A stretch of 64,000 nucleotides of DNA from Bacilli bacterium (GCA_024695235.1 JAILIP010000002.1:7093-71092); one strand, 5' to 3'. Shown: positions 18,412-29,148, counted from the stretch's first letter. Made by a program: numbers and translations. Notes: generated by a model not told the origin, from the letters alone.

Positions 18412-19905
18412 ATGGCTGAAATGATTAAATCACTACCTCATAATACTGAGGCTGAAAAAGCTGTTTTAGGAGCGATGATTCGCTCTGCAAGTAAACTTTC
18501 CGATGGAATGGGTGCTTTAGTTGAAGAAGATTTCTTTGAAGAAAATAAAAACCATCGTGCGATTTTCTCCGCGATGGCTCGTCTATATAAAAGAAGTGTT
18601 CCAGTAGACACTCAAACACTTGTTGATGAACTCATTAACTCTAAAGAGTTAGAAGTAAGTGGCGGAGTTCAATACTTAATCGAACTAGTGGATTCAGTTG
18701 TTACATTTGCAAACTTCAATCACTATGTCCGTATCATTCAAGATCAAGCTGTTCTTTGTAGATTCCTTAAATCAATTGCTCGTATTGAAAATGATTATCA
18801 TAAGAAAGACATTGGAAATGTCTCAGATTTCTTAGCACAAAGTGAAAAAGAATTACGTGAAATTGCTGAACTTAGAAAAGTTGGAGATTTCATGGATGCT
18901 AAGAAAGTATCATCCATTCTTTCCCAAGAATTTGAACAATTAAAAGAAGCTACAACTGATGATACAGTTACAGGCACTCCTACAGGATTTAGAAAACTTA
19001 ATCAACTTACCCATGGTTTCCAAAAAGGTGAATTCATTGTTTTGGCTGCTCGTCCTGGTGTAGGTAAAACTGCTTTAGCACTTAATCTTGCCTATAACGC
19101 GGCTTCACGTGGAAATAGACCAGTTGGATATTTCTCTCTTGAAATGCCTGCTACTACATTATTCAAAAGACTAGTTTCAAATGAGTCTCATGTTAGATTT
19201 GATTCACTTTTAACTGGTTATAACTTATCCAAAAACAACGCTAGACTTAAAATCATGCAAGCATGTGAATCTCTTTCAAAAATGAAATTCTATGTTGATG
19301 ATACATCTGGTATTCAACTCTTAGATTTAGTTGCCAAAGTTAGAACTCTATATAATAGAGAACCTGATTTAGGTTTAGTTGTTGTTGACTATATTGGTTT
19401 AGTAAACACCAACCTTAGAAACAAGGCTGATCGTCACTTAGAAGTTCAACTTGTTTCTCAAACACTTAAGAAACTCGCTCTTGAACTTAAGATTCCAATC
19501 ATCGGTGTTGCCCAACTTAACCGTAAAGTTGAAGATAGACCAGGTGGAGAGCCTCAACTTAGTGACCTTCGTGAATCTGGTTCCATTGAACAAGACGCTG
19601 ACATTGTTATGCTTCTACATGAACCAAAGATTGTTCAAGATGAAGATCAAGGTAAAAAGAAATCCATCTTTGATGAATCTGCTCAAAAGGTTGATGCTAT
19701 GCAAGATAAGGTTGCTAAAAAAGAAGGTGGACCATCTACTACAATTGTTAACGTTATCATTGCTAAGAATCGTTCTGGCAAGCAAGGTAAAGTCCCATTA
19801 CTCTTCTCTAAAGACTACTGTAGATTCGATTCTCCAAGCACTGAAAGTGAAAACGAGATTGCAGCATTAGAAAGCGAAAGAGTTTCATATTTTAACCGCG
19901 ATTAA
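18412..19905 (+). CDS. dnaB: replicative DNA helicase
   Basis: Walker A GVGKTALALNLAYNAA, RecA-like core, N-terminal DnaB domain; rplI-dnaB synteny. Confidence 0.9.
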   Translation: MAEMIKSLPHNTEAEKAVLGAMIRSASKLSDGMGALVEEDFFEENKNHRAIFSAMARLYKRSVPVDTQTLVDELINSKELEVSGGVQYLIELVDSVVTFANFNHYVRIIQDQAVLCRFLKSIARIENDYHKKDIGNVSDFLAQSEKELREIAELRKVGDFMDAKKVSSILSQEFEQLKEATTDDTVTGTPTGFRKLNQLTHGFQKGEFIVLAARPGVGKTALALNLAYNAASRGNRPVGYFSLEMPATTLFKRLVSNESHVRFDSLLTGYNLSKNNARLKIMQACESLSKMKFYVDDTSGIQLLDLVAKVRTLYNREPDLGLVVVDYIGLVNTNLRNKADRHLEVQLVSQTLKKLALELKIPIIGVAQLNRKVEDRPGGEPQLSDLRESGSIEQDADIVMLLHEPKIVQDEDQGKKKSIFDESAQKVDAMQDKVAKKEGGPSTTIVNVIIAKNRSGKQGKVPLLFSKDYCRFDSPSTESENEIAALESERVSYFNRD

Positions 19906-20651
19906 TGAAAATATACGTTATTGAATCTGGATCTAAAGGAAATGCGACCTTACTTGAAAATAATGGTCGATTTCTTTTAATTGATATGGGCGTATCATGG
20001 ACCAGCTTAAATAACGTTCTATTATCTTTAGATAAAAATATCTATGATGTCGATGCCCTTCTTTTAACGCATTCTCATAGCGATCACACGAAAGGAATTC
20101 AATATCTTCCTCCAATACCAATTTATTGCACAAAGGATACATATGATTCCTCTTCTGTTAATATAATTACTCCTTATGAGTCATTTAATCTTGAAGGAGT
20201 AAAGATAACACCTGTTAGAACTTCTCATGACGCACCTAACTCTGTTGGATATGTATTTGAATGTGGTGATGAAAAACTCGTTTATATCACCGATACAGGA
20301 TATATATCTGATAAGACTCTTTCATATATAAAAGATGCAAATTACTACGTTATGGAATCAAACCATAACTTAAAAATGTTATATCAATGTAATAGACCAG
20401 CTTCTTTGAAAGAAAGAATTGCCTCTGATTTAGGACATCTATCTAATGAAGATGCTGCTATGTATATGCTTGAAGTCATTGGACCTCATACAGAAGAAAT
20501 CATTCTTGCCCACATAAGTGAAGAATCTAATACATATGATTTAGCAGTGGAAACATTCGTGAAGAAGTTTAGAAAGGCACATGTTCCTTTAGACAATCTT
20601 AGAATTATCGCTGCTAAACAAAGAGAAATGGTCATAGGAGGAAAAAGATGA
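19905..20651 (+). CDS. MBL-fold metallo-hydrolase (YycJ-like)
   Basis: HSHSDHTKG metallo-beta-lactamase motif. Confidence 0.7.
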   Translation: MKIYVIESGSKGNATLLENNGRFLLIDMGVSWTSLNNVLLSLDKNIYDVDALLLTHSHSDHTKGIQYLPPIPIYCTKDTYDSSSVNIITPYESFNLEGVKITPVRTSHDAPNSVGYVFECGDEKLVYITDTGYISDKTLSYIKDANYYVMESNHNLKMLYQCNRPASLKERIASDLGHLSNEDAAMYMLEVIGPHTEEIILAHISEESNTYDLAVETFVKKFRKAHVPLDNLRIIAAKQREMVIGGKR

Positions 20652-20989
20652 ACTACGAAGAATTTTCTGAATTTGAAAAAGTAATCGATATCGCAAATCC
20701 TCTTGTGAAAGGTTTCAAGTTTAAAAGTGGTGAAACTTTCTTTGTTGAACCAGCTTTTTACACTCAACTAGTTAATTTTGAAGAGTTATATACAAGTGAA
20801 GACTTTCATCGCATTGTGAAGAAGATGAAAGAGCTAGCATTTGAAAGAAAAAGAGTCATATTCACATATGATTATGAAAATCCTTTTATGTTAAAAGATG
20901 ATTACATTTATCTTGAATTCACTGATGTCACTGATTCACTCAAGATATTCATTGAAGATAAATCTCGCGGAAGCGATTATGGAGATTAG
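20648..20989 (+). CDS. hypothetical protein (113 aa)
   Basis: 4-nt overlap with the upstream gene; no recognisable motif. Confidence 0.4.
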   Translation: MNYEEFSEFEKVIDIANPLVKGFKFKSGETFFVEPAFYTQLVNFEELYTSEDFHRIVKKMKELAFERKRVIFTYDYENPFMLKDDYIYLEFTDVTDSLKIFIEDKSRGSDYGD

Positions 20990-20992
20990 CTT

Positions 20993-22579
20993 ATGAAGAA
21001 GTTTTTACGTAATTTATTCTCAGGATATTTCTTAGTATTATTTATCCTTTTAATTGAACTAGCGGCAATTATCTTTGTTCAGTTCTATTTAGATGATGTT
21101 ATTAATTGGATTATCCAAGGCAAAGGTGTCAATGTCACAATCATTGTGACAGTGTCATATATTCTTTTAAGAATACTTGTCTTTGTTATCTCAATGATCA
21201 TCTTCTTTAAAATCATCAACAAACCAGAAGATCCGGAATTTAAGATCCCTTGGATTGTTGGAATGCTTCTTTTACCTTTATTCTGTTCAGTACTTTTCCT
21301 TATCTTTGGGAATCATGGTTTATCTAGAAGAGATAGACTTATCGTTGATGCGACAAGAAATGCTTATAACGCCCATTTCTTATTGTCTAAGAAAGATGAA
21401 GAAGTTGCCGCTGAAGAAATGGGGCATGCGGTTGGTACATTTAACTATATCCACAATGTTACAAAACTTGGTATTCATAAGAACTGTCGAGTTACCTACT
21501 ATAAATGTGGTGAAGAATTCTTTCCTGCCATGATTGAAGGACTTAAGAAAGCCAAAGAATTTATTCTTATGGAATTCTTTATCATCACTGATGGCAAAGA
21601 ATGGGATGAAGTAAAAGAAATACTTATCGAAAAAGCCAAAGAAGGCGTTGATATCCGTCTCATCTATGATGATATGGGTTGTGGTGGAACTATATCAGCG
21701 TTCACTCCAAGAAGACTTGGTAAATATGGAATCAAATGCTTTAAGTTCCATCCGTTTAGACCAATCCTTTCAGGAGTCTACAATAACCGCGACCATAGAA
21801 AAATCGTTGTTGTTGACCATCAAATGGCTTTCACAGGCGGAATCAACCTCGCTGATGAATACGCGAACGAAATTGTTCGTTTTGGCTATTGGAAAGACAC
21901 TATGGTGAAGATTGAAGGAAGTGCAATTAACAATTTAATCACAACATTCCTTCAAAACTATGACCTTGCTAGTAGATCAGTTTCTGATTACAACAAATAT
22001 CTTACATATGACTATCCTAAGTTTGACAACGAAGGATGTGTCATGCCATTCGGAGATGGTCCTGGCGGAATCGATGATGCCTTAATTGGCGAGCAAACAT
22101 ATATCAATATCCTTAACTACGCGAAAAAGAAAGTTTATATATCCACTCCATATTTAGTTCCAACATACTCATTACTTGACGCAATGAGAAACGCCGCCCT
22201 TCGTGGAGTAGAAGTGCATCTTATCGTTCCAGGTATTCCTGATAAGAAGATAGTGTACGCAGTAGCAAAATCTAACTTTAGATATCTTCTTGATGCTGGA
22301 GTGCATATTTACACATACACTCCTGGATTCAACCACATGAAATCTGCTATGGCGGATGACGAACTTGCCTTTGTTGGAACAATTAACTTTGACTTTAGAA
22401 GCCTTGTTCACCATTTTGAATGTGGAACAGTGTTATACAAATGTAACTGTATGAATGATATTAGAGATGACTTTGAAACTATGATTGCGCAAAGCGAAAA
22501 GGTTCCTGAAAACTTCAAACTTAAACACGGTACTAAATCTCTCACTAACTTGATTAAGATTATTACTCCATTATTATGA
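20993..22579 (+). CDS. cls: cardiolipin synthase
   Basis: N-terminal TM helices; two PLD HKD motifs HRKIVVVDHQMAFTGGINL and HMKSAMADDELAFVGTINFD. Confidence 0.85.
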   Translation: MKKFLRNLFSGYFLVLFILLIELAAIIFVQFYLDDVINWIIQGKGVNVTIIVTVSYILLRILVFVISMIIFFKIINKPEDPEFKIPWIVGMLLLPLFCSVLFLIFGNHGLSRRDRLIVDATRNAYNAHFLLSKKDEEVAAEEMGHAVGTFNYIHNVTKLGIHKNCRVTYYKCGEEFFPAMIEGLKKAKEFILMEFFIITDGKEWDEVKEILIEKAKEGVDIRLIYDDMGCGGTISAFTPRRLGKYGIKCFKFHPFRPILSGVYNNRDHRKIVVVDHQMAFTGGINLADEYANEIVRFGYWKDTMVKIEGSAINNLITTFLQNYDLASRSVSDYNKYLTYDYPKFDNEGCVMPFGDGPGGIDDALIGEQTYINILNYAKKKVYISTPYLVPTYSLLDAMRNAALRGVEVHLIVPGIPDKKIVYAVAKSNFRYLLDAGVHIYTYTPGFNHMKSAMADDELAFVGTINFDFRSLVHHFECGTVLYKCNCMNDIRDDFETMIAQSEKVPENFKLKHGTKSLTNLIKIITPLL

Positions 22580-23076
22580 TCAACTTTGATGAACTTGAAC
22601 CCATATATCTTTCACTCCTAAATGATGAAAGAATCAAAAAGATGAAAGATATTTCAATGCATAATGGATCTAATTGTTATATCCATTCTTTTAAGGTTGC
22701 AAAACGTTCACTTAAAAAAGCTGATAGATGCAAAAAAGAACTTAATGGTAAAGCTCTTCTATACGCGTGCATACTACATGACTATTATTTATATGATTGG
22801 AGAAAAGACCGTTCCAAAAAGAAACATCACGGAAGTAAACATCCATTAATTGCGGCAGAACAAGCTCAAAGAGATTTTGGAATTGATGAATTCACAGCAT
22901 CAATAATTAAATCTCACATGTATCCACTTAATCATAAATATAAGCCAGCATCCAAAGAGGCCAAGATTCTTCTTTGGAGTGATAATGTCATTGCGACAAA
23001 AGAGTTCATGACATCTAAAAGACGTAAAAAAAGAAAAGAAAACCAATATCTCGAATATATTTCTAAAATAAGATAA
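22576..23076 (+). CDS. HD-superfamily phosphohydrolase-like protein
   Basis: H...HD spacing (HSFKV...CILHDYYLYDW); 4-nt overlap with cls. Confidence 0.4.
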   Translation: MINFDELEPIYLSLLNDERIKKMKDISMHNGSNCYIHSFKVAKRSLKKADRCKKELNGKALLYACILHDYYLYDWRKDRSKKKHHGSKHPLIAAEQAQRDFGIDEFTASIIKSHMYPLNHKYKPASKEAKILLWSDNVIATKEFMTSKRRKKRKENQYLEYISKIR

Positions 23077-23168
23077 ATGTCCTAATAAATGGGCATTTTC
23101 TTTTTATGAACTTTTGCAATTGTAGACAAAATGCAAGATAATTGATATTGGGGGAGAAGCCAAAATAT

Positions 23169-24497
23169 ATGGAAATCACCATAATCGGTCTTGGATATGT
23201 TGGTTTAGTCAACGCAGTTTATCTTGCTAGCTTAGGCCATGAGATTTTTGGCTATGACATTGATAAGAACAAAATATCTCTTCTTAGACAAGGTGTTGCT
23301 ACTTTAGAAGAGCCTAATCTTCAGTCACTTTTAACTGAGTCACTCCCTAATTTAAGATTCTCCACAAATCATAAAGACGCCATTAGGCATGCTTCTCATA
23401 TATTTATATGTGTTGATACACCACAAGATAAAGATGGTTCAGTAGATATGAAAAACTTCTATGCTGTTTTGGATAACATCATTGAAGATTCAATATCTGA
23501 TCAATGTATCGTCATTAGATCAACAGTTCCAGTAGGCACAAATAAGATTGTTAAACAATACTTAGAAAGTAAATCTTCTAATCATTTTGACGTTATATCT
23601 TTCCCTGAATTTTTATCTCAAGGAAAAGCTATTAGCAATATGATTCAACCAGATAGATTAATTCTTGGTGTTAACGATCAAAAAGGTGTTGCACTTGCTA
23701 AAGAAATAGCACAGCTATACCTCATTAAAAAAGCACCAGTCATGATCACATCTAGTGAGAATGCTGAAATGATTAAATATGCATCTAATTGCTTTTTAGC
23801 AATGAAGATTTCATATATTAATAACATCGCTCAACTGTGTGAAAAGGTTGGAGCGGATGTAGATAAAGTTGCGAAAGGAATGTCGTATGATCCACGTATT
23901 GGTGAATCATTCCTTAAAGCAGGTATTGGTTATGGAGGAAGCTGTTTCCCTAAAGACACAAATGGACTATATTGGATCGCTAATGATAATTCCGTCTCTA
24001 TGGAAATTGTTAAATCAACAATTGATATCAATAAGTCACAAGTAGAATTCTTCCTTAACAAGATATATAGAAGATTTAAATCTCTAGCAGGACTAAATGT
24101 TGCAGTGCTTGGTGTAGCTTTTAAAGGTGGCACTGAAGATGTGAGAAATTCACAAGCCATTCCAATTGTTAAAGCAATACTTGAAAAGAATGCAAACATA
24201 ACAATATATGATCCACTTGCAATGGATAACTTCCAAAAGCTATTTACACGTCATACGCGTATTAAATATGTAGATTATCCGTATGATGCGCTTAAGAATG
24301 CAGATGTAGTGCTCATCTTAAATGATTCAGAAGAATTCGTGAATCTAAAACCATTAGATTTCATTACCTATATGCGTAAGCCAGTTATCTTTGATGGTAG
24401 AAACCTCTACAAAGTAGAGTCCATGGAAGGAACCGAATATCATTCTATCGGTAGACCATCTAGGGTAGATAAAGTTAAAACAAGAAAATCGTTATAA
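23169..24497 (+). CDS. ugd: UDP-glucose 6-dehydrogenase family nucleotide-sugar dehydrogenase
   Basis: IIGLGYVGL NAD fold, GYGGSCFPKD catalytic Cys motif; start moved to the ATG after the GGGGGAG RBS. Confidence 0.8.
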   Translation: MEITIIGLGYVGLVNAVYLASLGHEIFGYDIDKNKISLLRQGVATLEEPNLQSLLTESLPNLRFSTNHKDAIRHASHIFICVDTPQDKDGSVDMKNFYAVLDNIIEDSISDQCIVIRSTVPVGTNKIVKQYLESKSSNHFDVISFPEFLSQGKAISNMIQPDRLILGVNDQKGVALAKEIAQLYLIKKAPVMITSSENAEMIKYASNCFLAMKISYINNIAQLCEKVGADVDKVAKGMSYDPRIGESFLKAGIGYGGSCFPKDTNGLYWIANDNSVSMEIVKSTIDINKSQVEFFLNKIYRRFKSLAGLNVAVLGVAFKGGTEDVRNSQAIPIVKAILEKNANITIYDPLAMDNFQKLFTRHTRIKYVDYPYDALKNADVVLILNDSEEFVNLKPLDFITYMRKPVIFDGRNLYKVESMEGTEYHSIGRPSRVDKVKTRKSL

Positions 24498-24503
24498 GAA
24501 AAA

Positions 24504-24535
24504 AGCGACCGAAGTCGCTATTTCTTTTATTTTTT
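24504..24535. terminator. bidirectional terminator
   Basis: gcgac-cgaa-gtcgc hairpin flanked by A-run and T-run. Confidence 0.6.
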
Positions 24536-25624
24536 ATTCTTCACAGGTTTAACATCAACTGTTTTAACTTGCTTGGATTGATTTTGTTGTGGTGCACTTC
24601 CGTAGTCTGGACGAAGTGACTTCATTGATAACCACATGATACGTACACCAAGAAGTAATGGGAAGATGATTTGTGAGAATGATTTAATCAAGAATCCTAA
24701 ACCACTTGTGAGAATGGCTGGAGTGAGTGATGCCCAGCATGCAATCCACATACATTCGAAGATTGTAAAGATTCTGTATGGATTGTGTTTTCCTCTTGTG
24801 AGGATGAAGATCATAAGTCCCATGAAGATGACTAGACCAGCATTGATGCCAAACATGAGAAGTGTTGTCTTCCATGTGAGTTGTCCTCTTTGATATAGAT
24901 ATGCGTCATCAAAGAATTTGATCCAGTTAGCCCAGACACCATCAACATATGCTGCGTATGTTTGAGCATTTACATTTAAGGAGTTAACAATATTGCCATC
25001 GACTGAGACATTATCAAGATCGTTAAGTTTGAAGCCAACTTCACAATGCTTATAGTCTCCAACAAGGCTACCGACTTGGGCGCCTGACATGTTGTAGACA
25101 ATTGAATAGACGTCTTTGCTACCAAAGATGATGAAGGAGACTGTTCTTTTTTCAAAACCAATGAATTCACCATCGCTCCAAACAGGTTTGTTCTTGGTGA
25201 TTTCTTCAATGTCTACAGAAGTGAAGTTTTGAATGTAGTAGACTTCTAAATCAATTTGTCCAAGTTCAGAGTAATGTTGATAGACGTGATAGTCCTTGTG
25301 ATCAGTATATGTATAGGTGTTATCCCATGTTTCTTGATCAAGTGAGAGATATTTTTGTCCATCTTGTTCTTTAACTTCCATGATGAGACCTTTTTCGTTA
25401 ATATCTTCAACGAAACGTTGTGTTCCAACTTCTACTCCATAGGAGTTAGATGAGACAAAGCTTGATCCTTTCTTGGTAATTGTTTGAACAAAAACAGGTA
25501 TTACGGCAAGTACCATTGAAAGGAAGAACATTATTAAAGCAATCCAAAATGGATGCTTACGACCGCCTTCGACACAGGCGTCATTATTGATTAGTGATTT
25601 GAGAATTAATTTGAATCTTTTCAT
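24527..25624 (-). CDS. membrane protein (N-terminal TM, extracytoplasmic domain, C-terminal multi-TM, K-rich tail)
   Basis: Start set at the internal ATG (MKRFKLILK) with an AAAGGT RBS; the ORF-track start (GTG at 25711) would overlap the tmRNA promoter. Confidence 0.45.
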   Translation of the reverse strand: MKRFKLILKSLINNDACVEGGRKHPFWIALIMFFLSMVLAVIPVFVQTITKKGSSFVSSNSYGVEVGTQRFVEDINEKGLIMEVKEQDGQKYLSLDQETWDNTYTYTDHKDYHVYQHYSELGQIDLEVYYIQNFTSVDIEEITKNKPVWSDGEFIGFEKRTVSFIIFGSKDVYSIVYNMSGAQVGSLVGDYKHCEVGFKLNDLDNVSVDGNIVNSLNVNAQTYAAYVDGVWANWIKFFDDAYLYQRGQLTWKTTLLMFGINAGLVIFMGLMIFILTRGKHNPYRIFTIFECMWIACWASLTPAILTSGLGFLIKSFSQIIFPLLLGVRIMWLSMKSLRPDYGSAPQQNQSKQVKTVDVKPVKNKK

Positions 25625-25722
25625 AATTTTTACCTTTAATAGCATATACAAAATGTTATTTGTTTTCAAATAATAATTTTGAACTATCGATTTAATAATG
25701 CTATAATCCACATAATCATCAT

Positions 25723-26115
25723 GGGTCTGACACAGTTTCGACAGGGATGATTGCTTGGCAATAACTGCAGCCGAGTGGTGACGTAATCACCAAACAAAAA
25801 TAACTGACAACAGTTACATGAGAGCTCCAAGAGCTCAAGCATTCTGCGCAGCTTAATTAAGCTCCCGACATAGGGTTCCGACGCAAGGCGCCGGCCAGAT
25901 CACCTCTTGATGGATTAGCCTTTCTTCGTCAATAAAGGTGTTAAATGAAAGGATAGGTTAAGACAGTTGACTTGCTAACCTTAGCCGAATATCAAAAAGT
26001 CTCGCGAAGATAGTTACGATATACGATGCTTCGTTAAAGATAAATATCGTCTAAGCTGTAGACGTTATTGTAGGGCCTTCCTTGGACACGGGTGCAATTC
26101 CCGCCAGATCCACCA
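25723..26115 (+). ncRNA. ssrA: tmRNA (SsrA)
   Basis: 5' GGGUCUG pairs with 3' CAGAUCC-ACCA including a G3:U wobble (alanine identity); 3' GGACACGGGUGCAAUUCCCGCCAGAUCCACCA T-arm/acceptor; TATAAT -10 at 25702-25707; intrinsic terminator follows. Confidence 0.85.
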
Positions 26116-26127
26116 ATAGAAATTTAT

Positions 26128-26152
26128 CCTCAGATTAATCTGAGGTTTTTTC
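26128..26152 (+). terminator. rho-independent terminator of ssrA
   Basis: cctcaga-ttaa-tctgagg hairpin followed by TTTTTT. Confidence 0.8.
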
Positions 26153-26179
26153 TTACAAAAATGATAATATATTATCAAT

Positions 26180-26659
26180 ATGAAAATAAAAATTGTCGCG
26201 ATAGGTAAAGTTAAAGAAAAATATCTTAAAGAAGGTATTAATGAATATCTCACAAGGATATCTCCTTTTGCAGATATCTCAATTGTGGAAGTAAATGATC
26301 AACCTATCAAAGATAACCCAAACGATTCTGATATTAAAAAAGCAATCGATTTAGAAGGTAGAAGTGCTTTAAAGTATATATCAAATAATGAATATGTTAT
26401 TGCTTTAGATTTAAATAAAAAAGAAATGGATTCAGTGGAATTCTCTAACTATCTAATTAAGAAGTTAGAAGTTGGTGGTTCATCTATAACTTTTGTTATT
26501 GGTGGTAGCTATGGCTTAAGTGATGAACTTAAGTCTAGAGTGAATGATTCAATATCATTATCTAAAATGACATTCCTCCATCAGATGACTAGACTCATCC
26601 TTTTAGAACAAATCTACCGCGCTTTTAAGATACACAATCACCAAACATACCATAAATAG
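26180..26659 (+). CDS. rlmH: 23S rRNA (pseudouridine1915-N3)-methyltransferase RlmH (SPOUT)
   Basis: MKIKIVAIGKVKEKYLKEGINEYLTRISPFADISIVEV; 159 aa, typical RlmH. Confidence 0.85.
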   Translation: MKIKIVAIGKVKEKYLKEGINEYLTRISPFADISIVEVNDQPIKDNPNDSDIKKAIDLEGRSALKYISNNEYVIALDLNKKEMDSVEFSNYLIKKLEVGGSSITFVIGGSYGLSDELKSRVNDSISLSKMTFLHQMTRLILLEQIYRAFKIHNHQTYHK

Positions 26660-26807
26660 TTTCGATTAGCTTTTATTAGTCTTAAAAATTTTAGTATTGT
26701 ATTTGAAAAATACTACTAAAAGAAGGTAGAATTGATGTATAGAAAGTTTTAGTTAAATAAGAACTAAAAAATACTCTTTGCTGTGAAAAGATAATTGGAG
26801 GTCATTT

Positions 26808-27068
26808 ATGAAAAACACAAATGCATTTAGAACACGCGCAAAAGACGAAATTGTTAAACTTGAAAAAGACAATTATGGCAGAACCGTTACCCATGAAGAA
26901 ATTGAAATCGTTTCTTTAACTTACGTTATGGGCTTTATTAAAGGTATGTTCGTTGTCGCTAGAAATACACAAGGTAGAATTTACGAGATTTCTTCCAATC
27001 CTACTAACGGCAAGATGTATATTGATGTTTATAAAAAAGAAGGCAACAAGGTTGTTACTGTTGACTAA
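26808..27068 (+). CDS. hypothetical small protein (86 aa)
   Basis: Good RBS TTGGAGGT; immediately upstream of the EF-G-like GTPase. Confidence 0.45.
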   Translation: MKNTNAFRTRAKDEIVKLEKDNYGRTVTHEEIEIVSLTYVMGFIKGMFVVARNTQGRIYEISSNPTNGKMYIDVYKKEGNKVVTVD

Positions 27069-27086
27069 AGGAGTTGACTATCTTTT

Positions 27087-29135
27087 ATGAACACTGAAAA
27101 TATTCGTAATGTCGTTATCCTTGGTCACCAAGGAAGCGGCAAAACATCATTAGTTGAATCACTCGCATTCAACACAAAACTCATCCCTCAAAAAGGTGAA
27201 GTTGAAAAGAAAAATACTATTTCTGACTACACACCAGATGAACAAAAACGTGGTAGCTCAGTTCAAACAGCTGTTATCCCTCTAACATATGAAGGATATA
27301 AAGTTAACTTAATTGATATTCCTGGAAACGATGACTTCATTTCCGAAGCCATCGGCGTTACAGGTGTTGTTAAAGGTGCTGTCTTAGTCATCGATGCCTC
27401 TGTCGGTGTCCAAGTTGGCACACTCAAGCATTATAAAATGCTTAAGAAGAAAGGCGTTCCTACATTCATCTTTGTTAACAAGATGGATAAAGAAGACGTC
27501 GAATTCGAATTAGTCTTAGAAGATATCAGAGAAAAACTTGGTAAAGAAGTTATTTCCTTCTGCTATCCTCTTGGCCATGAAAAAACCTTTGATGGTTTTG
27601 CTAATGCAGTTGACCTAAAAGCCCACATCTTTAACGGAAAAGAATGCGTTGAAGCAGAAATCTATCCTGAAAAGAGAGCAAAAATTCTTGAACTTCATAA
27701 CACTATCGTTGAAGAAGTCGCTAAGACAGATGATGCCTTACTTGAAAAGTTCTTTAATGGCGAAGAATTCTCCCAACAAGAAATCCGCGATTCACTTCGT
27801 ATCGGAGTTCTTAAAGGTGAATTAACTCCACTTATCGTTGGTAGTGCTACTAAAAATATTGGTGTCCACACACTTCTAAATATGTTTATTAGATATTTAC
27901 CAAATCCAAATGATTTAAAACCTCTTGAAGCAGTTGATGGAGACGGAAAAGAGAAGATTGTTCCAACAGATGTTAAAGAACCATTCTCGGCTTATGTCTT
28001 TAAGACAATTGCTGATCCATATGCAGGCACAATTAACATTATTAAAGTGTGTTCTGGTGTCCTCCATGTTGGAGATGAAGTATTTGTTAATGGATCAACA
28101 CAACGTGTAAGTATGCTTTACACAATGTGTGGTAAGAAACTTGATAGTGTTAACGAACTTATCGCTGGTGATATCGGTGCAATTACAAGACTTGAAAAAG
28201 TCGCCTCTGGAAACACTCTTTCATCACCTAAATCAGTTACAGTCTTCAAACCAGTTAAATATCCTACAGCTGTCTTATTCAAAGCTATTGTTTTAGATAA
28301 TAAAAACGATGAAGCAAAGCTTGGACCAGCTTTAGCTAAACTTCAACTTGAAGATCCTGCCTTAGAAGTTAGAAGAAACAATGAAACCAAACAATTATTG
28401 CTTGGTGGACTCAGTGATTCTCATCTCGCATACGTTTTAGAAAAACTTAAATCCGTTTATAAGATTCCTCTAACAACTGAAAAGATGAAAATCATCTATC
28501 GTGAATCTATTAAAGGCACCGCTGAAGGTGATGGCCGTTATGTCAAACAATCTGGTGGTAGTGGATTCTATGGCGTCGTTAAGATGAGATTCGAACCAGC
28601 CGAAGAAAACTGCTTCGATGAAGAAGTTTATGGTGGTGCAGTTCCAAAGAACTACTTCCCAGCTGTTGAAAAAGGCTTTATGGAAGCCCTCAATAGTGGA
28701 CTTCTTGCTGGGTTCCCAGTTATCGGTGTTAAAGGTGTCCTTGTTGATGGTAAATACCATCCAGTAGATTCCAATGAACAAGCATTTAAGATGGCAGGCA
28801 TTCTTGCTTTCAAAGATGCATACATGAAATGTAAACCAATTATTCTTGAACCTATCATGAGAGTCAAAGTAAATATTGATTCTCGTTATACTGGTAACGT
28901 TCTATCTGATCTCAACACCAGAAGAGCAAGAATTCAAAACATTGAAGAAAAAGAACACGGCGCTCAAGAAATTGAAGCCCTTGTACCAGAAGCAGAAATT
29001 ATTGACTACGTTACCCAACTTAAGTCAATTACTCAAGCTAGTGGATTCTTCAATCGTGAATTCGTTGGTTATGAAGAATTACCAGACTACATGAAAGATA
29101 AGGTAATTGCTGAAAACAAGATTTCTAATCAATAA
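27087..29135 (+). CDS. EF-G family translational GTPase (divergent paralogue)
   Basis: P-loop GHQGSGKTSL, DIPGNDDF (G3), EF-G domains II-V; G1 is unlike canonical AHIDAGKTT. Confidence 0.7.
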   Translation: MNTENIRNVVILGHQGSGKTSLVESLAFNTKLIPQKGEVEKKNTISDYTPDEQKRGSSVQTAVIPLTYEGYKVNLIDIPGNDDFISEAIGVTGVVKGAVLVIDASVGVQVGTLKHYKMLKKKGVPTFIFVNKMDKEDVEFELVLEDIREKLGKEVISFCYPLGHEKTFDGFANAVDLKAHIFNGKECVEAEIYPEKRAKILELHNTIVEEVAKTDDALLEKFFNGEEFSQQEIRDSLRIGVLKGELTPLIVGSATKNIGVHTLLNMFIRYLPNPNDLKPLEAVDGDGKEKIVPTDVKEPFSAYVFKTIADPYAGTINIIKVCSGVLHVGDEVFVNGSTQRVSMLYTMCGKKLDSVNELIAGDIGAITRLEKVASGNTLSSPKSVTVFKPVKYPTAVLFKAIVLDNKNDEAKLGPALAKLQLEDPALEVRRNNETKQLLLGGLSDSHLAYVLEKLKSVYKIPLTTEKMKIIYRESIKGTAEGDGRYVKQSGGSGFYGVVKMRFEPAEENCFDEEVYGGAVPKNYFPAVEKGFMEALNSGLLAGFPVIGVKGVLVDGKYHPVDSNEQAFKMAGILAFKDAYMKCKPIILEPIMRVKVNIDSRYTGNVLSDLNTRRARIQNIEEKEHGAQEIEALVPEAEIIDYVTQLKSITQASGFFNREFVGYEELPDYMKDKVIAENKISNQ

Positions 29136-29148
29136 TTGGAAAACAAAA

